Virus record (IMG/VR): IMGVR_UViG_3300044611_002008
Span: 62,001-99,836 of that record
Length of the DNA: 37,836 nt
Source: an uncultured virus (IMG/VR IMGVR_UViG_3300044611_002008)
Lineage: Duplodnaviria; Heunggongvirae; Uroviricota; Caudoviricetes
Direction: 5' to 3' (one strand)
Part shown: one piece after another, positions 1 through 10,862 of the stretch
Position numbering within the stretch: the first letter of the stretch is position 1
Layout of the letters: every line of letters begins with the position of its first letter
The notes under the pieces: generated by a model
The model's input: only the letters and a program-made list of their open reading frames with translations
What the model was told of the DNA's origin: nothing
Database searches by the model: none
Program-made: the position numbers and the translations under genes

Positions 1-540
1 TTGGACACCGCTGTTCCAACCCGTACTCCCACCCCTACCCCAACCAACACTACCACACCAACCCCAACAACCACGATCACCCCAACAGTCACCAACTCGC
101 CGTCTGTGACGCCAACAGTGACGCCGACAATATCGATAACACCATCCAAAACACCAACTAGGACGCCTACTCCTACCAGAACAAATACTCCTACTGTGTC
201 TATAACTCCTTCATTTACCCCATCGAGCACAGTAACTCCAACCAATACTCCGACAAATACTCCTACTGCTTCGGTTACAGTTACTCCTTCGATTACCCCA
301 TCTAACACCACCACTCACACCCCTCCACCTACGCCTGGTCTTACAAGTACTCCAACCCCAACAGTTACTCCAACTATATCCTTAACTCCCACCCAAACTA
401 TCACCCCTAGTATTACTGCTACTAATACCGTTACGCCCACCCAGACGCCTACGTCATCGGTCACCCCTACTATTTCACAAACACCAGAACCAACACCAAC
501 GACCACCCCTACGCCAACACTCACTCCGACAATGACTCCT
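1..540 (+). repeat. Pro/Thr (mucin-like) low-complexity coding repeat
   Basis: (TP/TPT/SVT)n in the translation; codons vary, so not a perfect DNA tandem repeat. Confidence 0.95.
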
Positions 541-873
541 TTATATACTAGGCCTAGTTTTGCGGTTACTTTTGATCAAATTAATTTTTCAGGTAAGTGC
601 GATACCGGTATATTAATATCCGCTAATGTCTCTGGTGTACCAAATACCGTTTATAACTATAGCTTTAATGTAGAATCTATTGGTAATAATAACAATATTA
701 ATAATATTTTTATTGAGCCAAGAACCGGCCAATTTGCAATGTCCAATAACAATAATAAAATTTTTACTTACGTTTATACACTAGAAAAAATAGGCTCTTT
801 TGTAGTTAGTTGTAGTGTTTCAGATAGCACAAGCACAGCACAAAGTTTGACAACAATTGCTTGTCAAAGTTAA
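1..873 (+). CDS. 5'-truncated Pro/Thr-rich putative virion fibre protein with one C-terminal Cys-bracketed module
   Basis: Frame open from the window edge; about 180 aa of TPT repeats, then a module (PSFAVTF...KC...[10 protein letters not shown]...EPRTGQF...IACQS) resembling those of downstream genes. Confidence 0.8.
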   Translation: MDTAVPTRTPTPTPTNTTTPTPTTTITPTVTNSPSVTPTVTPTISITPSKTPTRTPTPTRTNTPTVSITPSFTPSSTVTPTNTPTNTPTASVTVTPSITPSNTTTHTPPPTPGLTSTPTPTVTPTISLTPTQTITPSITATNTVTPTQTPTSSVTPTISQTPEPTPTTTPTPTLTPTMTPLYTRPSFAVTFDQINFSGKCDTGILISANVSGVPNTVYNYSFNVESIGNNNNINNIFIEPRTGQFAMSNNNNKIFTYVYTLEKIGSFVVSCSVSDSTSTAQSLTTIACQS

Positions 874-892
874 TTCAAAAAGAAACTATATT

Positions 893-947
893 GTGTATAA
901 TAGTTTAGAATCTTTTATTTTGAAGGAGATTTTGGTATATTTATAAT
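893..947 (+). promoter_or_regulatory. Candidate phage promoter motif(s): GTGTATAA (893-900) and GGTATATTTATAAT (934-947)
   Basis: A similar (G)GTGTAT motif recurs before other + strand genes (9583, 10811). Confidence 0.4.
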
Positions 948-961
948 GATTTTAGGAATAT

Positions 962-1777
962 ATGGCTAATTTATTTATTAAATTCCCCAGCACACAACAA
1001 GAGCCCCCGATGCCAGAAACAGTAAATACCTCACCTTCGCTGTCTGTTAAGTTTGATTTTTCTCATTATGGTATAGAGGGAAATTCTAAAACTATTACTT
1101 TGCCAAATGCCCAATGTCTTAAGGGCTCCTTTATCGTTGTAGCGGAGGCTTCTAACTTAATACCGGGTAGACAATATACTATATTATTTGAATTATTGAA
1201 CCCGTCATCTACTCGACAGGTGTTTGACCCGGCAGCTATAACGATCTTTGCTTCGACACCAACGCAAAAATTTACCACGGTAGCTAACGTAGATCCACAG
1301 TATAATTATATTTTAAAAGCAACCATTAATCAGACAGATACTGGTATAGCTGCCTCTGATATGGTAGCCGCTAGCTGTGCTTCTATTCCAGCGGTACCTA
1401 CACCAACCCCAACCGCTAGGCCTGTCACTGCATCTATGCCTCGTGTAAACTTTGATGCTGGTCCGGTCATGATGGTAAATCCTCCCAATAGGTGCAGAGA
1501 ACAACTCAACATTATTTGCACCATATCAAATGCCCGTATCGGAACTACATATAAATACGACTTTGTTTGTCTTACTAGCGATGCGGCGCCACTATTGTCA
1601 CCGGCTACCGGCTTTGTGACCGCAGGCTTCTCCGAACAAAACATAAATACCGTAGTGACCGTTAATCCATCCAAAGGCAATATGGTTAGTTTACAGGTTA
1701 GAGTATTTGATGCTAAATATCCTGATATAATACTAGATGAAGATATATTACTAATTCAATGCTATGGGTGCGAATAA
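962..1777 (+). CDS. Putative virion protein with two Cys-bracketed modules and a short PT linker
   Basis: TAGGA RBS; modules contain SNLIPGRQY and SNARIGTTYKYDF...SPATG...EQNINT...EDILLIQCYGC. Confidence 0.85.
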   Translation: MANLFIKFPSTQQEPPMPETVNTSPSLSVKFDFSHYGIEGNSKTITLPNAQCLKGSFIVVAEASNLIPGRQYTILFELLNPSSTRQVFDPAAITIFASTPTQKFTTVANVDPQYNYILKATINQTDTGIAASDMVAASCASIPAVPTPTPTARPVTASMPRVNFDAGPVMMVNPPNRCREQLNIICTISNARIGTTYKYDFVCLTSDAAPLLSPATGFVTAGFSEQNINTVVTVNPSKGNMVSLQVRVFDAKYPDIILDEDILLIQCYGCE

Positions 1778-3342
1778 TGAGTAATTTAATTGTAAAATTT
1801 GCAGAAAAAAATATTTTAGTGAATAACGAAGGATGTTGTTCTACCGGAGTATCTAGCATAGTTACCGTATCGGGTATGATACCCGGACATAAATATTATT
1901 GCGAACTATCTTCTATATCTAGAGGCTCTATTGTTTTTGCTCAAAACAATTTCTATGTTATGACACAGTCTCTAAATCAGCCTATGAATATACCAATAGG
2001 ATTTTCTTTAGAGGGGTCTAGATCTTATATTATTAAATTCAAAATTACGGACCTTGATTATAGAAAAGACGCAAAGTATTGGCTGCCTAATCGCAATGAA
2101 TGGTATAAGAGCGCTTATTATAATGCAGATACAGAAGAATATTCTCAATACGCAACTATGAGCAATAATAATCCTGTTGCAGTAACCAGTAATACTTCTG
2201 GCGACGGTTCTGCTGGGGCATCGGGCAATTTTGCGAATTTTGGAAATACAGCCGATTGGAATGGTCAAGACGGCAATTTGACTACCGTTGGTACCAATGG
2301 CGGGCCGAGTTATTATGGTACCTATGATCAAAATGGAAATATTAATGAATGGCTTGATGATATATCGACCTCTCTTAAACCATATACTGGTGGTTCTTGG
2401 AATAGTCCGATCTCTGAACTTGGACAAATAGTTGAAAACAAACCGGTTTTTGAGTCTAGTTCTTTAGGACTTCGTATTGCTGCCGAGGTTAATCAAACCC
2501 TTAGTATTGATACATCTACTTTTTCCATGGTATCAGGATCTTTTCTAGGCATGAACGATGCGGATGATAATGGGATAGGCTCTGTTCCGCATTCTTTTTA
2601 TATGAAAAAGCATCCGGTAACTAATAATGAATATATGGTATTTTTAAATTCCGTCGCTGCGAAATCTGATAGATATGGCTTATACAATAGTAAAATGACC
2701 ACAGACCCTAGAGGCGGCATTACTAGATCATCGAATACTAATCAAACATTTAGCTATACTTGTAAGCCCAATATGGAAAATAAGCCAGTGAATTTTGTGA
2801 GCTGGTTAGATGGAGCAAGATATTGCAACTGGTTATATAATACCTCTATTGATCCCAATAGTGTTGAGACGGAGAAGGGGTCGTATGAAATGCCCGCTGA
2901 TGCTACTAATGTGCCGTATGTGGGCTTCAATTATGGTGAAGATATTCTTACGGTAGAGTGCGGCAGACCATCTGCGCCAGACGTTGAATTTGTTACGGAT
3001 TCCAAAGAACTTATGAAGAGTTGTGGTCAGTATAAGAGTGTGGTTGCTTCGATTAAAAATGCTAAAATTGGTAGATCATATTCTTATCTATTTTCTACTC
3101 CTGATGATTATTTTGCTAATATATCGCCTAAAAGCGGAACGATAATAGCTGGTAATAATATTCAAAATATTAATACAGTATTTAGTTATAGTGGGTCTCT
3201 TAAGAAAATTAGCTTGAAGCTAGAGGTAACAGATTTATTAGATAATATAAAAACAGATACAATCTTGTTTTTTGATTGCGATACGTGTTTTCCGACTCCT
3301 ACGCCCACCCCGACCCCAACACCTACGCCAACTAATATATAA
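1777..3342 (+). CDS. Putative virion adhesin: module with an inserted circularly permuted FGE-sulfatase (SUMF1/CLec-fold) domain, a second module and a PT tail
   Basis: Start moved to ATG 1777 (TAATG coupling; MSNLIVKF parallels upstream MANLFIKF). FGE motifs: LPNRNEWYKSAYY, SYYGTYDQNGNINEW, GGSW, GLRIA, HPVTNNEY, PVNFVSWLDGARYCNWL. Confidence 0.85.
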   Translation: MSNLIVKFAEKNILVNNEGCCSTGVSSIVTVSGMIPGHKYYCELSSISRGSIVFAQNNFYVMTQSLNQPMNIPIGFSLEGSRSYIIKFKITDLDYRKDAKYWLPNRNEWYKSAYYNADTEEYSQYATMSNNNPVAVTSNTSGDGSAGASGNFANFGNTADWNGQDGNLTTVGTNGGPSYYGTYDQNGNINEWLDDISTSLKPYTGGSWNSPISELGQIVENKPVFESSSLGLRIAAEVNQTLSIDTSTFSMVSGSFLGMNDADDNGIGSVPHSFYMKKHPVTNNEYMVFLNSVAAKSDRYGLYNSKMTTDPRGGITRSSNTNQTFSYTCKPNMENKPVNFVSWLDGARYCNWLYNTSIDPNSVETEKGSYEMPADATNVPYVGFNYGEDILTVECGRPSAPDVEFVTDSKELMKSCGQYKSVVASIKNAKIGRSYSYLFSTPDDYFANISPKSGTIIAGNNIQNINTVFSYSGSLKKISLKLEVTDLLDNIKTDTILFFDCDTCFPTPTPTPTPTPTPTNI

Positions 3343-3357
3343 GAAGAAGGTTTCGTA

Positions 3358-6300
3358 ATGAGTAGCGTTAAAATTAGTTTCGGTAATAAAATAGTACTTA
3401 AAGCTGATACTCCGAGCTGTTGCTCTGTAGGACTCTCTATACCTATTTTGCTTGAGAATCTAATTCCTTATGATACATACACAGTAGAATATAGCTCCAT
3501 AGGTCCCGGCTCAGCCTCGTTCGCTAGTGCGTCAACCGAGATAATAGCCTCCGCATCATCAGAATCTATAGACAATATAGTATATTTAGAAGGTTCCGAA
3601 AGCTTTGTTATCAAAGCCCGCGTAACTATTAACGATAATGGTGTTATTAAGACCCTATCAGAAGATATATTGGGTATAGATTGTGGAGGACTACCACCAG
3701 CTAAGCCTTCTCCAACTCCAACCTCAACCGTAACCAAGACTCCAACGCAAACACCCACTAAGACCCCAACAAATACTCCAACTGGTACACAGGTTCCTAA
3801 TACACCCACACCAACCCCTACCACAAGTGTTACAGCATCAGTCACGCCAACAATTACTGTAACATCATCAAACACCCCTACTCCTACTCCTACAGCGTCT
3901 GTTACGCCCACTATTAGTGTTACTCCTTCTGTAACACCCAGTATAACCCCAACACTTACTCCATCGCCAACCAGAGGCTTGCCCAAAATCAGCATTAGGC
4001 TCGGTAATGACTCTGAATCTTGCGGCTCGGATGATCTAGTTATATATACCACTATCAGTGGACTATTACCAAATACTACATATAAATATGCTTTAAATTT
4101 ACCGGCTGGGCTAGAAGGGGTTCCTAATTTTGGCACTATCAATAGCTCTTCATCAGGATTCGCCACCTGTAAGAATTATTTGATCTATCAGAGTCAATTA
4201 TCTAATAAAGTATGTGGCTTAACAAATTATCCTTTAATATATAGTGTTTATCTAACAGACAATACGCTGCTTAGAACATACGCTATTAATCTTACATGCG
4301 ATTCCACAGATTGTCATTGTCCTAATTTCACAATCTCTGGCACCATACCGGTGATAGACGGACCCTCTGTAACACCCACGCCCACCAGAGAAGCCCTATC
4401 TATTCCAGGGGTAGGAGACTTGGGTTCTTTACCTAGATTCCTGTGTCCATCTATAATTACTAAGAAAAAATTAAGCGGTAATAAATTCGTTGTGGATTTA
4501 CTATCTACGAACAATTATGAGATTAATTTAACATATAGTTTTTATGGATCCCCAGAAAAGCTGTCTCTCTATGATCTTGATGGTACAGAATTATACAATA
4601 GTGGATATATTGGTACTGTAGATAAAGACGATAATAATGAGTATTTATTTTGTGCGGGTATAGATCGCAAAAATCATACCTATGGTACATATGACACTAT
4701 TAAAATACCTAATAGGGGATCGAGATATATTGTTTGTATCTTGGAGTCTGCGTGTGACGAAAGCACAGAATGGAAGATTTCGTTCTCTTGTGCTCCGGTA
4801 CCAACACCTACTCCCACCTCTACAGTAAAACCATGTCCACCTTGTCCATCGTCAACCCCAGCACCTACCACTACGCCCACTAGCGACACTGGCTGTTCAT
4901 ATAGATTTAATAATTTTGTTGATTCTGATGCCAGAAAAGAGAAGAAGTTTGCTGTAGCCTGTAGCGATGTAACAGATACGGATCTTACTAGTCCAATTTC
5001 TATAGATAAGCCAATTGATGCAGCTATAGTTGCTAATACCTTATTATTAGCGGGATCGTCGATCTGTGTTGGTGTTCCGTATACCAATGTAGCAAGTAAA
5101 ATATCTTTATCTAAGATTAAAAATAACGGTTTAGATATTTCGTTCGGAGTATCCGGGTCCACAACCCATTCCTTTAAAAACGATATCGGCGCTCAAGTTA
5201 GTGTGAACGCTAAGAAAATTCTACCTCAAGGCGGTAAGTTTCTGGTTGTTAGCTATACCAGTGGTAGCGCTGTGATATCAAGACATTTTGCTTCAACAGG
5301 TTCTATAGACACGACCTTTGGAAACAGAGGCTTTTTAGAGATATCTGCTATCGAAGACACAAAAATAGTAGGAATAGGGGACGCTTTAATAGTAAATAAT
5401 AATATTATATTGTTCTTAGAAACTTATGATATAGTTAATAAAAAATATACATATAGCGCAGCTAGTATTTCTGGTGCTGGTCGAATCAATACTTCGTTTG
5501 GTACCGGAGGCATTGTGAACATAGACGCCGGATCGGTTTCTACTCAGTATCAGATTAAAAGGGCTGCTGTAATAGATCAAAAATTATTAGTTGTTGCACA
5601 AAATAAAAACGAAACAGGATCTTCGGTTGTTGTCGTGTCCCGCATAAATCTGAATGGTTCTGTTGATACTAGTTTCTATAATAATGGTACTCTTAAGATC
5701 CAACCCTCTGATCTGATTGTCGACCCCTTGATAAAAACAGAGCCGATGCTCAAAACATGTCTCATAAATAATGAAGGCATATACTTAGCAATAACATATG
5801 CTGATAGTAATATGGTTGGAGTATGCAAATACAAATATCAAAATGGTAAAGACGGATCTTGGAAACTTGCGATACCACAGCCGTATAGCGGAGCAGTAAC
5901 GGTTTTACCAGAATATGATGCGTCAATGTTTGTAGAAGATGGTCAATCATGGTATGTTGGTTATAATATAGCTTACAACGAATATACTATCTCAGACACG
6001 GAATTCAATAGCCCAATTCCGAGAAAGGGACCCGTTACACTTAGAACCGTTGCTGATACTATTAGTCGTAATCAAATACCTTATAGTTTAGATCCAGAAC
6101 CAATGCAGAGAGAAGTCCTACAAGATATATCGGATGTCACAGCATCATACGCCCGTAAATCTTATAGATTCGTTATAGCCAAATACAATTTATCATCTGG
6201 TAATACGACTCCTGTACTTTTGGGCGGTACAGAGACCGATCTATTCGGAAACCAGAGAAAGAATAGGCTTAGTGCTCAAAATATACAGTCTGAGACCATT

Positions 6301-6891
6301 TCTGCGCTAGTAGTCTATAATAATAAGCTGTATATAGTTGGCTTTGGGGGTAACGACTATAACTATTCTTTCAGAGTCGCTAGAAGATCCAAAGACACGT
6401 CTGGAGAATTTACTGTTGCTGATACTACATTCGGTAATAATGGTTATATAGAATCAGATTTTGATTATCTATGTAATTACGATATAGAAAACATAGAACC
6501 TCCCATGTTTGAGGATAATCCCTGTGAAATATTCCCAACACCAACACCAACCCAGTCGTCTATCCCCGCTTCTGTAACCGTCTCATCCACCGAGTATGGC
6601 TGTTCAGGGGGTGCTCCGAGAATTACACTGAATTGGTTAACTAATAAGGCCTCTTCTGTCGCTCAAGAATATATAGCAAGAATTATTGTACAAGGAACCT
6701 CGCCAATCACCACAGTATCTGCTTCTGCTTTAACGATTCCGGCTCAGACATTATCTGGATCTATTAATATATCGTTAGCAAATGCCGCTAATTTTAATAA
6801 TCAGATTTGTCAAATACAAATCTTAAAAACAGACTCTCTAGATATTTTATATAACAATGCTTTGGTCTTAAACATACCATCGTGTAATTAA
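3358..6891 (+). CDS. Large putative tail fibre/adhesin with Cys-bracketed modules, PT linkers and a delta-60 repeat beta-propeller
   Basis: 1177 aa; repeats [40 protein letters not shown] and ADTTFGNNG match the delta-60 signature G-x-x-D-x-[ST]-F-G. Confidence 0.8.
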   Translation: MSSVKISFGNKIVLKADTPSCCSVGLSIPILLENLIPYDTYTVEYSSIGPGSASFASASTEIIASASSESIDNIVYLEGSESFVIKARVTINDNGVIKTLSEDILGIDCGGLPPAKPSPTPTSTVTKTPTQTPTKTPTNTPTGTQVPNTPTPTPTTSVTASVTPTITVTSSNTPTPTPTASVTPTISVTPSVTPSITPTLTPSPTRGLPKISIRLGNDSESCGSDDLVIYTTISGLLPNTTYKYALNLPAGLEGVPNFGTINSSSSGFATCKNYLIYQSQLSNKVCGLTNYPLIYSVYLTDNTLLRTYAINLTCDSTDCHCPNFTISGTIPVIDGPSVTPTPTREALSIPGVGDLGSLPRFLCPSIITKKKLSGNKFVVDLLSTNNYEINLTYSFYGSPEKLSLYDLDGTELYNSGYIGTVDKDDNNEYLFCAGIDRKNHTYGTYDTIKIPNRGSRYIVCILESACDESTEWKISFSCAPVPTPTPTSTVKPCPPCPSSTPAPTTTPTSDTGCSYRFNNFVDSDARKEKKFAVACSDVTDTDLTSPISIDKPIDAAIVANTLLLAGSSICVGVPYTNVASKISLSKIKNNGLDISFGVSGSTTHSFKNDIGAQVSVNAKKILPQGGKFLVVSYTSGSAVISRHFASTGSIDTTFGNRGFLEISAIEDTKIVGIGDALIVNNNIILFLETYDIVNKKYTYSAASISGAGRINTSFGTGGIVNIDAGSVSTQYQIKRAAVIDQKLLVVAQNKNETGSSVVVVSRINLNGSVDTSFYNNGTLKIQPSDLIVDPLIKTEPMLKTCLINNEGIYLAITYADSNMVGVCKYKYQNGKDGSWKLAIPQPYSGAVTVLPEYDASMFVEDGQSWYVGYNIAYNEYTISDTEFNSPIPRKGPVTLRTVADTISRNQIPYSLDPEPMQREVLQDISDVTASYARKSYRFVIAKYNLSSGNTTPVLLGGTETDLFGNQRKNRLSAQNIQSETISALVVYNNKLYIVGFGGNDYNYSFRVARRSKDTSGEFTVADTTFGNNGYIESDFDYLCNYDIENIEPPMFEDNPCEIFPTPTPTQSSIPASVTVSSTEYGCSGGAPRITLNWLTNKASSVAQEYIARIIVQGTSPITTVSASALTIPAQTLSGSINISLANAANFNNQICQIQILKTDSLDILYNNALVLNIPSCN
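3700..3975 (+). repeat. Pro/Thr linker repeat
   Basis: About 90 aa of TPT/SVTPT repeats. Confidence 0.9.
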
Positions 6892-6904
6892 GGAATGATT
6901 AATA

Positions 6905-9043
6905 ATGGCTACACTTCAATTTCAACAAGATATATGGAACTTTTGTGATCTAGAGAGCTGTTTGGAAACATATACTCTCCCTATTATATGCACAGAGCTG
7001 GCTACTAATCAATACTATACGCTAAGCTATGAGGTTGTTGCTGTACAATATTTTGATAATGTCATAGGAGAGATACGTTTTCCAGAAGACGATAATAGAT
7101 TCTTTAGCGCCTCGTCACAAAGTATTAGGCGCGAACCCTCCGTGCTTTTAATAGGTGTAAAAACAGCTATTATTAAAGCTTATCTAAAAAACGATTCTGG
7201 ACAAGCGTTAGCTCATAATACCACTTTGGTACGATGCACAAAATGTCATGACAAATATAGGTCAGATTTTAGTGTTAAATTAATATTAGACGATATCAAT
7301 AAGTCGGGAGATAAGCTGCTACCAAACTGTGATCTCCCAATCAATCTTGTAGCGGTTGCAGAAAATTTAGTACCTGGCCGCAAATACAGATATTCTTTTA
7401 GTTCTGCGCCTAGTACTGGTGTTCATTTTTCAAACGCTTCGGGTGAACTATTCGCTAGTAGTGAAACTGAGCAAAATTTTAACACATTAGTATCCATAAT
7501 TTCAGCCAATACGTCTCCTGTGTTTTATATTAGTTTTAATTTAACAGATTTATCCACCAACGTGTCTAAAAGAACGCCTCTATATGTATTTAGCTGTGGT
7601 AATACTTGTGGAGTTTTGCCAGAATCAATAGATATCAATTTAGATACAGAGACTGTAGATAATGCTTTATCAAGCTCTAGAGTATTTACTATATCATTCA
7701 AAGATATACAAAATAGTAACGATATAGATCTTTCGGATGCGGCATTAACAATATCTAATGTCAGATACAACGGAGTATTGCAACAAAATCGTTTATTGAA
7801 TATTCAAAAAATCAACAAATCTTCTGTTGGTATTAATCTATTAGATAATTCACCTATCCTAAGTCATAATCATAATATTACTTTTTACCTAAAAGTTATT
7901 AAACCGGGCTTCATGCATACTGGACAAAATCTTGTATTAGCAGACAAATCCAATAGAACCATCGAAATAAACCTATTAAACAATAGCGGTATGCCCACAT
8001 CTGTGTCACACGCAACAGTTACGACTACCACTAACAATATTGGAGAAATTACTAATTCAGTCGTACTAACTTGCGAGCCCACACAACTAAAACCGGAAAC
8101 ATGTGATATTATCGTACCAAGTGGAACTGTGTTGAGATCAAAAACTGGTACGGTTTTGAACGGAGATATAACTTTTAGAGCTATTCACTTCGGAGTATCT
8201 GATGAAAAGGCTTTAAAAATATTTCCTGGCGGATTCAATGTGTCTAATTATTTAGATAATAATTATAACTTGGTATCAGATAATGCGGTATTTTATACTT
8301 ATGCCCTTTTCTCTATAGAAGCCACGGATCAATTCGGTAATGTCGCTTATACTATGTCTAAGTCAGCTACCGTAACACTAGAGCTCAATAGTCAAATACA
8401 ATCAAATACTATTCCGCTATGGTCTATGGACACAGATATTGGTATATGGACACAAGAAAATCCAGTAACTTATGATAATGGTTTAGTAGATATGCCTATT
8501 AACAGATTATCTGTGTGGAATTTAGGCATTAAATCAACAGATGTATGCACCACACTATCTTTACCATTTCCGTCCACAGTCTTAACTAATTATTTAGAAG
8601 AGATAGACGAGACTGGTCTATATATTAAGAAAACCCCTTTCTTAGCTGGAGATGGTAGTGGGGTTAATATAATAAAAAGTAATCCAGGACAAAGATCTAT
8701 AAATATCGTTCGATTTGCTAAAAAATATGGAAATCTAACTAATTCTAGCACATTCTCTTTTTATCTAACAAGAGAAAATGCAATCGCAAATACTAATAGC
8801 ATAGGATCCATAAGTTATACAAATTATACTTCCGGTACTACCAAGTGCGAATGCGGAACCATGGATTGCACAGATAATACCGTAACTCCTACTCCAACAC
8901 CGACAATAACAGTCACTAGTAGTATTACGCCCACGATAACCAGAACCTCTACCCCCACTCCTACTAGTACTAGTACATCTACCCCGACTCCAACACCAAC
9001 AATGACACAAACACCACTGCCTCTTGGGGTGTCATCTAACTAA
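6905..9043 (+). CDS. Putative virion protein: two Cys-bracketed modules, a CILP/ZU5-like beta domain and a C-terminal PT tail
   Basis: AAGGA RBS; module motif ENLVPGRKYRYSF...ASGELFA...EQNFNT; later FPGG...IPLWSMDTDIGIWTQE...RLSVWNL, a pattern recalled from bacterial surface proteins. Confidence 0.75.
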   Translation: MATLQFQQDIWNFCDLESCLETYTLPIICTELATNQYYTLSYEVVAVQYFDNVIGEIRFPEDDNRFFSASSQSIRREPSVLLIGVKTAIIKAYLKNDSGQALAHNTTLVRCTKCHDKYRSDFSVKLILDDINKSGDKLLPNCDLPINLVAVAENLVPGRKYRYSFSSAPSTGVHFSNASGELFASSETEQNFNTLVSIISANTSPVFYISFNLTDLSTNVSKRTPLYVFSCGNTCGVLPESIDINLDTETVDNALSSSRVFTISFKDIQNSNDIDLSDAALTISNVRYNGVLQQNRLLNIQKINKSSVGINLLDNSPILSHNHNITFYLKVIKPGFMHTGQNLVLADKSNRTIEINLLNNSGMPTSVSHATVTTTTNNIGEITNSVVLTCEPTQLKPETCDIIVPSGTVLRSKTGTVLNGDITFRAIHFGVSDEKALKIFPGGFNVSNYLDNNYNLVSDNAVFYTYALFSIEATDQFGNVAYTMSKSATVTLELNSQIQSNTIPLWSMDTDIGIWTQENPVTYDNGLVDMPINRLSVWNLGIKSTDVCTTLSLPFPSTVLTNYLEEIDETGLYIKKTPFLAGDGSGVNIIKSNPGQRSINIVRFAKKYGNLTNSSTFSFYLTRENAIANTNSIGSISYTNYTSGTTKCECGTMDCTDNTVTPTPTPTITVTSSITPTITRTSTPTPTSTSTSTPTPTPTMTQTPLPLGVSSN

Positions 9044-9063
9044 GATAATATAGGAAATTTAAT

Positions 9064-9591
9064 ATGTCTCAAAAAAATTACATGTTACTTAAAGCTATTT
9101 TAACAGATGGTAACTATACATCTGAGGATTTAATGATGGTAGAGTGCCTAGAAAACCCTGCCACTCCTGGACCTACGCCTTCTGTGTCGAGATCTCCAAC
9201 CCCGACCCCTACTCTTACTCCTAATATGACGCCTAACCCCACTCCAACAGTAACTCCCTCTATGCAAGTGGATCCAGAGATAGTGCTCAATCTTGCAAAT
9301 AATTGGACATATAGATACAACAATCTACTAATTATTAGAGTTATCCCTGCTAATTCATCATCTAATATATCCGTATTGGTACCCGTTTTACCTTCTGCTT
9401 TACTTCCTCAGCCCGGCCAGCCTGCGCCAATACCATCTTCTGCTAGCCTCTTTGTTGGAGGAAATAAAGTTGGAGATTTATCTTTTATCGGGCCGTACTT
9501 TGGTAAAAGTATTAAATTAACACTAAATGGTTCACAATATATTGGCACAATAAATATAGGTCAAATTATTTTAACTAATACCGGTGTATAA
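9064..9591 (+). CDS. Small putative virion protein starting with the last two strands of the shared module, then a PT linker and an unknown beta domain
   Basis: TAGGA RBS; N-terminus NYMLLKAILTDGNYTSEDLMMVEC matches module C-termini such as FVIKARVT...SEDILGIDC. Confidence 0.8.
   Translation: MSQKNYMLLKAILTDGNYTSEDLMMVECLENPATPGPTPSVSRSPTPTPTLTPNMTPNPTPTVTPSMQVDPEIVLNLANNWTYRYNNLLIIRVIPANSSSNISVLVPVLPSALLPQPGQPAPIPSSASLFVGGNKVGDLSFIGPYFGKSIKLTLNGSQYIGTINIGQIILTNTGV
9583..9591 (+). promoter_or_regulatory. Candidate phage promoter motif GGTGTATAA
   Basis: Overlaps the upstream stop codon, about 50 nt before ATG 9638; recurs at 893 and 10811. Confidence 0.45.
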
Positions 9592-9637
9592 CTAAATATA
9601 TCGCATAGATACAAAGAGTAATAATAAGAGGCAAAAC

Positions 9638-10729
9638 ATGTTGATTACTAATGAGTTTATAATAGAAAGATATTTAGGTAGTGAACCTTTGCCACTATTA
9701 TCAGCTCCCGCTGGATTAGAACCTAGTTTATTATTACAATATAATAATTTTATTAGCAACATATATACAATATATGGTAGTCAAGAAGAGAATGGTATAA
9801 TTCCAGTTTTTTTTAAAAATATAGACGGATCTCCTGGTTCCAGTAGTAGTTTAACCGAGCTTAAAAGCGGACAAGAGTACTATTTTATTTCTAAAAATTC
9901 CGCATCTTTTCCATATGTTATTCCAGCTATCGGCGGCACCATTTCTAATCCTTTGCCACCAGAAAAATGTGCCACATTATCTCCATGCTGTCCAACCGTT
10001 TCGTTCCCTAATAATTCTGTTTCTTTATCTGGTTCTGGAAATATCTATGCGGATATATCAGCTAATACAAGTGGGTTAATCCCCGGTAGACAATATTCAT
10101 ACTCTTATAGTTCATTAGCCTCCAATTGGCCCAGCACAATCACTCCGTTATCTGGAACATTTATTCCATCGACTTCTGGAGATTCTATAACTAATATATT
10201 TAATTTTGCTCCAACTACTGGTAATTACTCTGGCTATTTTCCTTATAAGTTGGATATCTATCCAGATAAAGATTTTAGTCAAAAAAATATATATTCTATA
10301 TTAGAATTAAGGGTAACAGGTCCAGATAATCTGGGCTGTCCGGTTATGTCGGATACTATTATGGTAAAATGCAATCAATGCATACCTCCAAAATGCGCAG
10401 TTAAAAAACCAAAACCAGTTTTTGTTGGAGGTCCCAAGCTGTCTGTTGGGGGCAACTGCTGTGCAGTAGGTGTGCCATTAGCGGTGAATATTTCCGGAGC
10501 AGAGCCTGGGAGATCCTATAATTTTGGTTTTGAGAGTTGGCCATCGGATATCAGTGTATCGCCAGCTAGTGGAATTTCTGGATTTGGAGACGGTAATGGT
10601 AAGATAGCGTGTTTAGTAGATATGGCGGGACAAACAAAAGCTATAGTAAAGTGCGTTATAGAAGATCCAGAATCGAATGAGCATCTTGTGGACTTTATTT
10701 CTATACAGTGCTCCTACAATTGTCCGTAA
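9638..10729 (+). CDS. Putative virion protein: unique N-terminal domain plus two Cys-bracketed modules
   Basis: GAGG RBS; SGLIPGRQYSYSY...TPLSGTF...SDTIMVKCNQC and SGAEPGRSYNF...SPASG...DFISIQCSYNC. Confidence 0.85.
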   Translation: MLITNEFIIERYLGSEPLPLLSAPAGLEPSLLLQYNNFISNIYTIYGSQEENGIIPVFFKNIDGSPGSSSSLTELKSGQEYYFISKNSASFPYVIPAIGGTISNPLPPEKCATLSPCCPTVSFPNNSVSLSGSGNIYADISANTSGLIPGRQYSYSYSSLASNWPSTITPLSGTFIPSTSGDSITNIFNFAPTTGNYSGYFPYKLDIYPDKDFSQKNIYSILELRVTGPDNLGCPVMSDTIMVKCNQCIPPKCAVKKPKPVFVGGPKLSVGGNCCAVGVPLAVNISGAEPGRSYNFGFESWPSDISVSPASGISGFGDGNGKIACLVDMAGQTKAIVKCVIEDPESNEHLVDFISIQCSYNCP

Positions 10730-10810
10730 TTATTCTGTATAATAAAAATCGCGCTCTTTAAGTTTAGCTATAAATAGCCGATTTACGCTTAAAAATAAAT
10801 ATCTATAATA

Positions 10811-10820
10811 GGTGTATTAT
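10811..10820 (+). promoter_or_regulatory. Candidate phage promoter motif GGTGTATTAT
   Basis: About 50 nt before ATG 10863; same motif as 9583. Confidence 0.45.
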
Positions 10821-10862
10821 CTTATTAGATACCTTACACGAATCCATAGGAACTTAGTTTTT

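Noticed and set aside
1..540. CRISPR array or DNA tandem repeat
   Set aside because: Repetition is at the amino-acid level with varied codons; no fixed repeat-spacer structure
2376..2484. Possible diversity-generating retroelement target (GGSW...GLR region of the CLec fold)
   Set aside because: No reverse transcriptase and no template-repeat copy noticed in the window; the region is internal to the gene. Cannot be excluded elsewhere in the genome.
315..9323. Gly/Val-rich minus-strand ORFs (315-524, 3468-4166, 4680-5162, 9114-9323 and similar)
   Set aside because: Antisense shadows of Pro/Thr codons, lying fully inside longer genes
10769..10776. T4-type late promoter TATAAATA
   Set aside because: Only one intergenic copy noticed, in AT-rich DNA; not present in the other intergenic gaps
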